DNA of 4,795 nucleotides from a virus (Duplodnaviria; Heunggongvirae; Uroviricota; Caudoviricetes): IMG/VR virus record IMGVR_UViG_2563366961_000005; one strand, 5' to 3'. Shown piece by piece: positions 1 to 4,795 of this stretch (position 1 is its first letter; each line of letters starts with the position of its first letter). The notes under the pieces were generated by a model. It saw only the letters and a program-made list of their open reading frames with translations, ran no database searches and was not told where the DNA came from. The position numbers and the translations under genes were made by a program.

Positions 1-91
1 GCTGTCGTTCTCAAAATCGGTGGAGCTGCATGACAAAGTCATCGGGCATTATCTGAACATAAAACACTATCAATAAGTTGGAGTCATTACC
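1..91 (+). mobile_element. IS1 terminal fragment (IRR end, ending ...GGAGTCATTACC at 91); the rest of the element lies left of the window
   Basis: Sequence recognised from memory as the IS1 right end. Its exact reverse complement recurs at 4701-4791 (91/91 bp, checked by hand). Boundary may be 91 or 92. Confidence 0.88.
2..76 (+). CDS. insB: IS1 transposase InsB, 3' end only (partial)
   Basis: Frame 2 translates to LSFSKSVELHDKVIGHYLNIKHYQ with stop TAA at 74-76, which I recognise as the InsB C-terminus. Upstream part is outside the window. Confidence 0.8.
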   Translation: MSFSKSVELHDKVIGHYLNIKHYQ

Positions 92-105
92 CACGAAGTA
101 AAAGA

Positions 106-555
106 ATGGTTGTACAGAGCAGAACGATAATAAACACGCATCACATTTTAGGTAACACCATGACAAACATCGAACGATTAGAACGCTGTGCTGACATTAT
201 GCGCCGCAGATGGATTTATGACCCTGAAGCGGGTTTATTATTCAGCCGGGAGACAAAAGACGTGATAAAAGGCGGCATGACTCGCAAGGGCCATTTAAAC
301 GTAAGCATTCAGGAAGGTGATTTTAAAGCGACGCTTAGTTATCAAAAAGCCTGCTATGTATACACATACGGCGCTTATGATGAGACGTTATATGAAGTTC
401 ACCACGTGAATATGAACAAACAAGACAACCGCATCAAGAATATTCGCCTGATGCCAAAGGAACAGCACCGCCGGATCCATAAAAACGTCCGCAAACTCAT
501 TCGGCTGGGCCACACTCAATGGCTGCAACCACAAGTAATAGAGGCATCACTATGA
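106..555 (+). CDS. HNH endonuclease, phage type. True start may be ATG 160 (MTNIERL...), giving 132 aa
   Basis: HNH motif EVHHVNMNKQDNRIKNIRLMPKEQHRRIH (His-His, Asn, Asn, His...His) preceded by the RW...DPE.G.L segment typical of phage HNH_3-like proteins. The frame is open back to position 34 inside IS1, so the start is uncertain. Confidence 0.72.
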   Translation: MVVQSRTIINTHHILGNTMTNIERLERCADIMRRRWIYDPEAGLLFSRETKDVIKGGMTRKGHLNVSIQEGDFKATLSYQKACYVYTYGAYDETLYEVHHVNMNKQDNRIKNIRLMPKEQHRRIHKNVRKLIRLGHTQWLQPQVIEASL

Positions 556-622
556 CGAGAAACGTAGTTGATGATTTTTCAGTTGTAAAAGTAAGCACAA
601 ATATTTAAGAGAGGAAATTACC

Positions 623-934
623 ATGTACTACCCAAATAACACTTACCTTAACCTGGTTGGCAATAACTATAAACCATCCTCCGAAGTAATGGAAAAAAAA
701 GCATTCGACAAAGCAATGAGCGCCGAGGCAGATCGCATCGTTGACATGCTGCCCGACTTACTCAGTGGAATTATTGACGAATCCGCTGCCGCGTTATTCA
801 GCCAGATGCCGGAATGTATGGCCGGTGAAGATCCTGTGACTCATGACGTATTAAATGAAACCAGTATTCGCCGGAGGCTTGCCGGAAAGGTGGCAAATAA
901 GATCGGCCACGGCATAAGTTTTCTTCAGAAATAA
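623..934 (+). CDS. hypothetical protein, 103 aa, no recognisable motif
   Basis: ORF with strong RBS GAGAGGAAA 5-13 nt upstream of the ATG; same strand and tight spacing as neighbours. Confidence 0.6.
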   Translation: MYYPNNTYLNLVGNNYKPSSEVMEKKAFDKAMSAEADRIVDMLPDLLSGIIDESAAALFSQMPECMAGEDPVTHDVLNETSIRRRLAGKVANKIGHGISFLQK

Positions 935-952
935 GATGAATGGAGATAAGAA

Positions 953-1399
953 ATGACACGCAAAGAATATATTCACCAACTGGCACAAGAAATTATTAGC
1001 ATGAACCAGCCACTGATTGACCGTATTGTCACGGCTGAAGTCGATAAAATTAAATTTCAATTAGCATCGCTCGCGCCGAACATGGCGGCAATACGAAGCG
1101 AAATGTTGGCTGTAATGGGGTCAAACAGCGCTCTCGGCGTGTATTTAGCAAAGACTGATGAGTTAGCTGGCTTTAAATCCGCCGCCGCTACAGCGACAAA
1201 TAAAGCGCCTGATACACGTCAATATTTTGAAGGGGAATTAGACGATTTCACACGTCAATACTTCGATGGGGAATTGGACGATTTCACGCGCCAGTATTTC
1301 GACGGTGATGATCTGGTCAATAAAAGTATTCGTGAATATTTCGATGGCAGCGACGAGTTTAATCGCCGCTTAGACGACTATTTCCACATGGGAGAATAA
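953..1399 (+). CDS. hypothetical repeat-containing protein, 148 aa; acidic C-terminal region with five YF motifs
   Basis: RBS GGAGATAAG 7 nt upstream. C-terminal 60 aa contain QYFEG, QYFDG, QYFDG, EYFDG and DYFHMG, encoded partly by an in-frame 36-bp tandem repeat. Confidence 0.62.
   Translation: MTRKEYIHQLAQEIISMNQPLIDRIVTAEVDKIKFQLASLAPNMAAIRSEMLAVMGSNSALGVYLAKTDELAGFKSAAATATNKAPDTRQYFEGELDDFTRQYFDGELDDFTRQYFDGDDLVNKSIREYFDGSDEFNRRLDDYFHMGE
1214..1321. repeat. In-frame 36-bp tandem repeat: two near-identical units (1214-1249, 1250-1285) plus a degenerate third
   Basis: Unit 1 acacgtcaatattttgaaggggaattagacgatttc and unit 2 acacgtcaatacttcgatggggaattggacgatttc differ at 4 of 36 positions: three are synonymous third-position changes and one gives Glu->Asp. 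Confidence 0.85.
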
Positions 1400-1403
1400 A
1401 CAC

Positions 1404-1742
1404 ATGAGTTTTCTTGATATGGCACGCCAGCGTATTGCTATGGCGGTTAAAGCAAACGAATCAGCACCGGAACCGGACACTGCCGAACTTAACTTCAAAA
1501 AAGGGATGGTGCTTGTATTAAAGAACATCGATAAGGTCGATGAGAAGTTATTACAGGAAATGATGGTTGTGCTGATGGATAATCTGGAACGCCGCTTCGG
1601 TGGCAAACAGCCAGCAGAACAACAGCCAGTCACTAATACACGGCACGGACCGGAAACACCAGATATCAATACCTACTTTACTGAGCCAGCGAATAAACCT
1701 GGTAACAGTAAAGCACCGAATATTAATAGCTATTTCTATTAA
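1404..1742 (+). CDS. hypothetical protein, 112 aa; C-terminus carries two IN(T/S)YF motifs
   Basis: RBS GGGAGAA 7 nt upstream; start lies 4 nt after the previous stop. No recognisable domain. Confidence 0.6.
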   Translation: MSFLDMARQRIAMAVKANESAPEPDTAELNFKKGMVLVLKNIDKVDEKLLQEMMVVLMDNLERRFGGKQPAEQQPVTNTRHGPETPDINTYFTEPANKPGNSKAPNINSYFY

Positions 1743-1762
1743 TAAAAACTTGAGGAGAGATC

Positions 1763-1930
1763 ATGTTATTCATTAAAGCAAAAGTGAAGAAAGAAAATGG
1801 TGAGGAAGTATTTTCACAGGTCCGGAATGAAGTATTCCCCGGCGAATCACTTAAAGTTTTTGTGGAAGAGTTGAAGAAAAAGCATGGCAGTAACGCCGAT
1901 TTTTATTTCGATGATATTCACTATATCTAA
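1763..1930 (+). CDS. small hypothetical protein, 55 aa (MLFIKAKVKKENGEEVFSQVRNEVFPGESLKVFVEELKKKHGSNADFYFDDIHYI); not in the supplied ORF track
   Basis: Hand translation of 1763-1930. Near-consensus RBS GAGGAGAG about 5 nt upstream of the ATG; followed 10 nt downstream by a hairpin. Confidence 0.5.
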   Translation: MLFIKAKVKKENGEEVFSQVRNEVFPGESLKVFVEELKKKHGSNADFYFDDIHYI

Positions 1931-1940
1931 GGCAAAAGAA

Positions 1941-1961
1941 AGCCCGGTATTGCACCGGGCT
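1941..1961. terminator. Stem-loop, 8-bp stem agcccggt/accgggct with 5-nt loop; possible terminator
   Basis: Perfect 8-bp inverted repeat just after the 55-aa ORF. On the + strand there is no T-tract after it, but an A-tract precedes it, so the T-run follows the hairpin on the - strand. Function is uncertain. Confidence 0.35.
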
Positions 1962-2004
1962 AACAACGCGAAATTGAGTTAGCAGAATTAAGCAATGAGT
2001 GTTT

Positions 2005-2033
2005 TAGCAATGTTTAAATCTGCTTCCCATTAT
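2005..2033 (+). promoter_or_regulatory. Candidate sigma70 promoter: -35 TTAGCA (2005-2010), 17-bp spacer, -10 CATTAT (2028-2033)
   Basis: 4/6 match to each consensus hexamer with ideal spacing, about 20 nt upstream of the ORF starting at 2055. Weak, by-eye only. Confidence 0.25.
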
Positions 2034-2054
2034 ACAGAGTGAGAGGAAAAACAC

Positions 2055-2330
2055 ATGTTAGCGCTTAGGGTAGCCACAGGCATGGCCCGTGTTATCACCA
2101 ACCAGGTTAATGAAATTCGTCATTCCAACGGTGATTTACCAATGAAACGTCAATCTCTCAGGTTGTTTTCTGAGTACGTCTTCGGAACGTTTCACGATCT
2201 GCTCAAACATATTGATGCTAAAGATGCGCCTCGTAATGCTGAAGAACGAGAGTTTATCAAGCGCCTGCGGATGATTGAACGCGATCTGCACACACAGTTA
2301 TCCAGTGTCGGGTGTGACGTAGGCGAGTAA
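2055..2330 (+). CDS. hypothetical protein, 91 aa
   Basis: RBS GAGAGGAAAA 5-14 nt upstream; no recognisable motif. Confidence 0.55.
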   Translation: MLALRVATGMARVITNQVNEIRHSNGDLPMKRQSLRLFSEYVFGTFHDLLKHIDAKDAPRNAEEREFIKRLRMIERDLHTQLSSVGCDVGE

Positions 2331-2341
2331 GCCAGAGAGGG

Positions 2342-2402
2342 GTTAGCGACAGGTTAGCGGCCCCTTAGCGAACATCAAACAGCATTCAGAGACATGTTAG
2401 CG
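2342..2402. promoter_or_regulatory. Phased array of four (G/C)TTAGCG motifs; candidate terminase small subunit binding site (cosB/pac-like) or operator
   Basis: GTTAGCG at 2342-2348, 2353-2359 and 2396-2402, CTTAGCG at 2364-2370. Spacings of 11, 11 and 32 bp place all four on roughly one face of the helix. The array ends 11 nt before the terS-like start. Confidence 0.5.
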
Positions 2403-2413
2403 AGGGGGGAAAC

Positions 2414-2830
2414 ATGAGCACAGAAATTACAGAAAACAATGATTTAGATAATTTTGAGAGCGCTACGCAGGAAAAAAGGCGCGTAGGCAGACCGTCAAAA
2501 TATAGTAACAAGATGGCGACGCAGATCGCGCTACTGGTTGGTGAGGGGTACAGCCTGAGAAAAATAGCCAGCATGGAGGGATACCCATCACTAGCAACGA
2601 TCCTACGCTGGCAAATCGAGTTTCCCGACTTCAGGGAAGCAATCGGCTGGATGAAGTGGCTGCATAGTCACGACCTGGGCCAACAAGCAATTGAGGCGAT
2701 CGAGAGCGTAAACCTTAATGATGAAGATGCCGCGATGCAGCTTAAGAAAGCACAAGCGAAAGCACGGGCGCTGATAGACACCGCGAAGTTATTAGACCTG
2801 AAATCAAATCCATTTGGGGGCAATGAGTAA
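2414..2830 (+). CDS. phage terminase small subunit-like DNA-binding protein, 138 aa
   Basis: N-terminal segment RRVGRPSKYSNKMATQIALLVGEGYSLRKIASMEGYPSLATILRWQIEFPDFREAI matches the GRPxKY...GxSLRxIA...PSxxTxxRW...EFR pattern I associate with phage small terminase HTH domains. RBS GAGGGGGGAAAC upstream. Confidence 0.68.
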   Translation: MSTEITENNDLDNFESATQEKRRVGRPSKYSNKMATQIALLVGEGYSLRKIASMEGYPSLATILRWQIEFPDFREAIGWMKWLHSHDLGQQAIEAIESVNLNDEDAAMQLKKAQAKARALIDTAKLLDLKSNPFGGNE

Positions 2831-3234
2831 TGAGTTTATTCACAAGCAAACAAGGCCAACGCCTTTTTACCAATCGAGAGCAGAACGGCGGCGCTGACCG
2901 CTACGAAGCATTGAGAGTTAAGCCTTTCCGTGACTGGTCACACGCAGATCTCCAGTGTTACAACGCCATTTGGATTGAGTCGATGAACGAGCTTATCGAA
3001 GAGTATTACATCGAGCCAAAAGAGCCGATAATGGGCCAAATCCTGGCTATCTATGGAAATGCATTGGTTGAACTGAATGGCAGCCATAAAAGCGTTTTGG
3101 CGCTCAATTCGCTGGCGTATCGTGACGATCTTCCGGTGGCTGAACAAGGGGTGCATTTGTGGGAGATCGCCCAGGTGGAACGGGAACTAAATCAAGGGGG
3201 AAGCGATGCCGATGAAACACAAAGCTGTCATTGA
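2830..3234 (+). CDS. hypothetical protein, 134 aa; translationally coupled to the upstream gene
   Basis: Start ATG overlaps the upstream stop (TAATG at 2828-2832). No recognisable motif. Confidence 0.55.
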   Translation: MSLFTSKQGQRLFTNREQNGGADRYEALRVKPFRDWSHADLQCYNAIWIESMNELIEEYYIEPKEPIMGQILAIYGNALVELNGSHKSVLALNSLAYRDDLPVAEQGVHLWEIAQVERELNQGGSDADETQSCH

Positions 3235-3652
3235 GAAAATCAAGCGACAACTACGCGAAGAAATCGAAGATATTAACCGCGATGCAGCGACGGCAGTCTA
3301 TGCAATCGGGATGGAAGTAATTGCCAATGCAGCAGCAAAAACGCCACGCGATACAGGGACGCTAATCGGTGGCTATTACGATCCGCAGGTAAGCCAGGAT
3401 GATGAAGGGGCGCATTGCACGGTAGGAAACACGGTCCGCTATGCCTTTTGGGTGCATGAAATGCCAGGGACACTGAAAGGACAACCGCGCGAGCATTTCG
3501 GAAAAACCCGTGAAGGTATCGCCTTTGGTGGCGGCACTGGTCGCGGTGAATATTGGGAACCAGACGGCGAACCTGAATTTCTTAAAAAGGCGCTTGGGGA
3601 AGAGTATCACAGCGAGTACATGGATATAGCGAAACGATATTTAAAACGATGA
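3206..3652 (+). CDS. HK97 gp10-family phage morphogenesis protein (head-tail joining / tail completion type)
   Basis: Motifs KTPRDTGTL and VGNTVRYAFWVHEMPG resemble the PxDTGxL ... VGTNVxYAxxVEFG signature of the HK97 gp10 family. RBS AGGGGGAA upstream; overlaps the previous ORF by 29 nt. Confidence 0.55.
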   Translation: MPMKHKAVIEKIKRQLREEIEDINRDAATAVYAIGMEVIANAAAKTPRDTGTLIGGYYDPQVSQDDEGAHCTVGNTVRYAFWVHEMPGTLKGQPREHFGKTREGIAFGGGTGRGEYWEPDGEPEFLKKALGEEYHSEYMDIAKRYLKR

Positions 3653-3661
3653 GGTGAAATC

Positions 3662-4705
3662 ATGAGTGAACAAGTAGGAAGCCTCCAGATAGATATTGAC
3701 CTGAAGACAAAAAATTTACTGGTGAGCCAGCGCCAGGCTGAGGCCGCATTAGACGACATTGGCAATAAGATTGGCGGCGCAGAGCGACAAGCAGCAAAAC
3801 TTAACACGCAGCTAACAAAAACATCGCGGGCTATTAGCGGCAATCTGCGTGCCGGATTCCAGCAGGCTGGATACCAGATCCAGGACTTCGTGGTGCAGGT
3901 CCAGTCAGGACAAAGCGCACTGATAGCGTTGTCACAGCAAGGCAGTCAGTTATTGAGTGCCTTCGGTGGCTGGGGCATTGCTCTTGGTGCGGCACTTACG
4001 GTTGGTGTATCGCTGTTTAAAGCCCTGACAGGTGAAACCGAGGAGACAACAGACAAGACCGAAGTATTTGAAAAGGCTTGCAGTAATTTACGCCAGGTAA
4101 TGGCCCTGAACGAGCAAGGCGTAAACGTCCTGTCAAACGAATACGCCAACCTCGCGAAACAGTCAGCCGAGGCCGCTGCGATGGTCGAACGCCATTTAAC
4201 ACTGAAGCTACGCGAAGCCAAATCAGCGATGAGTGACTATATCACCAACACACTGGACGCACAGAACGCGACTGCGGGTTTTGGGGTGATTGGATCTGAC
4301 AGTTTACTCGACATGATGCAGGCGATGCGTGCGCTGGGCGTTGAAACGTATGATTACGCCGACGCAATGGACCAGTTGAACGGCATGGGCCTACGTGGTG
4401 CGCAGATCCATAAAGAGCTAAACCGCGAACTTGATGATATGGCAGATAAAACTGGCGTATCAAAAGAAGCGCTCTTTGATATGTGCCAGGAATTAATGGC
4501 GGTCGCTAAAGCGCCGACAGCGGACAGCATTTCAGCACTATCAAACCGCATTGCCAGCATGAACCCTACGACAGCGGAAGGTGTTGGCCTGTTTAATGAA
4601 CTACAGCAGGCATTGATTAAAGCCGCTATTGAGCTTCAACAGTTCGGGGATATTAGCGAAGATACCGCCAATAAACTTGATGTATTAAATCACGCGGCGG
4701 GGTAA
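3662..4705 (+). CDS. tail tape-measure-like protein, N-terminal 346 aa only; truncated by IS1, which supplies the final codon and stop
   Basis: Segment GYQIQDFVVQVQSGQSALIALSQQGSQLLSAFGGWGIALGAALTVG resembles the conserved N-terminal motif of tape-measure proteins such as lambda gpH (from memory). The ORF crosses the IS1 junction at 4700/4701: last codon GGG spans 4700-4702 and stop TAA at 4703-4705 lies inside the IS1 terminus GGTAATG. RBS GAGGTGA upstream. Confidence 0.6.
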   Translation: MSEQVGSLQIDIDLKTKNLLVSQRQAEAALDDIGNKIGGAERQAAKLNTQLTKTSRAISGNLRAGFQQAGYQIQDFVVQVQSGQSALIALSQQGSQLLSAFGGWGIALGAALTVGVSLFKALTGETEETTDKTEVFEKACSNLRQVMALNEQGVNVLSNEYANLAKQSAEAAAMVERHLTLKLREAKSAMSDYITNTLDAQNATAGFGVIGSDSLLDMMQAMRALGVETYDYADAMDQLNGMGLRGAQIHKELNRELDDMADKTGVSKEALFDMCQELMAVAKAPTADSISALSNRIASMNPTTAEGVGLFNELQQALIKAAIELQQFGDISEDTANKLDVLNHAAG

Positions 4706-4795
4706 TGACTCCAACTTATTGATAGTGTTTTATGTTCAGATAATGCCCGATGACTTTGTCATGCAGCTCCACCGATTTTGAGAACGACAGCGACT
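4701..4795 (-). mobile_element. IS1 terminal fragment (IRR end, GGTAATGACTCC...), inverted relative to the left copy; the rest of the element lies right of the window
   Basis: 4701-4791 is the exact reverse complement of 1-91. Confidence 0.88.
4716..4795 (-). CDS. insB: IS1 transposase InsB, 3' end only (partial), minus strand
   Basis: Mirror image of the InsB C-terminal coding segment at 2-76; stop codon complement at 4716-4718. Confidence 0.78.
   Translation of the reverse strand, partial: SLSFSKSVELHDKVIGHYLNIKHYQ

Noticed and set aside
34-555. InsB-HNH fusion protein created by the IS1 insertion
   Set aside because: The open frame entering from IS1 (frame 1) is not the InsB frame (frame 2, stop at 74-76), and there is no start codon in frame 1 inside IS1 within the window.
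556-622. Sigma70 promoter upstream of the 103-aa gene (TTGATG and TTGTAA as -35 candidates)
   Set aside because: No acceptable -10 hexamer at 16-18 bp spacing from either candidate; the gene is more likely co-transcribed with the HNH gene.
1214-1321. Non-coding VNTR or satellite repeat
   Set aside because: The 36-bp units are in frame within a 148-aa ORF and their differences are mostly synonymous, so this is a coding repeat.
2342-2402. CRISPR array, suggested by the repeated GTTAGCG motifs
   Set aside because: The repeats are only 7 bp with 4-25 bp spacers, far too short for CRISPR repeats or spacers; better explained as a protein-binding array.
798-4560. Twelve minus-strand ORFs of 61-99 aa from the six-frame track (798-986, 851-1060, 1370-1669, 2386-2574, 2938-3156, 3273-3473, 3362-3610, 3607-3843, 3946-4221, 4017-4202, 4242-4463, 4354-4560)
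   Set aside because: All are nested antisense within better-supported plus-strand genes, have no convincing RBS and show low-complexity, Ser/Cys/Arg-rich translations typical of antisense frames.
1-4795. Invertible tail-fibre segment of the Gin/Hin/Cin/Pin type, suggested by terminal inverted repeats flanking phage tail-related genes
   Set aside because: The inverted repeats are 91-bp IS1 ends rather than about 26-bp hix/gix crossover sites, no serine invertase gene is in the window, and no tail-fibre C-terminal cassettes are present.

Overview
The window is a 4.6-kb block of phage-derived DNA (92-4700) bracketed by two inverted copies of the same IS1 end (1-91 and 4701-4795, a perfect 91-bp inverted repeat). 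All credible genes are on the + strand, tightly packed, mostly with good Shine-Dalgarno sites: an HNH endonuclease, five small proteins of unknown function (one 55-aa ORF is absent from the supplied track), a terminase small subunit-like protein preceded by a phased GTTAGCG repeat array, an unknown 134-aa protein, an HK97 gp10-family morphogenesis protein, and the N-terminal part of a tail tape-measure-like protein. The right-hand IS1 interrupts the tape-measure gene and supplies its stop codon. No terminase large subunit, portal, capsid or major tail gene is present, so this looks like a defective or remodelled prophage segment. Family assignments rest on motifs read by eye; no database search was run. 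No tRNA, rRNA or CRISPR array was seen.
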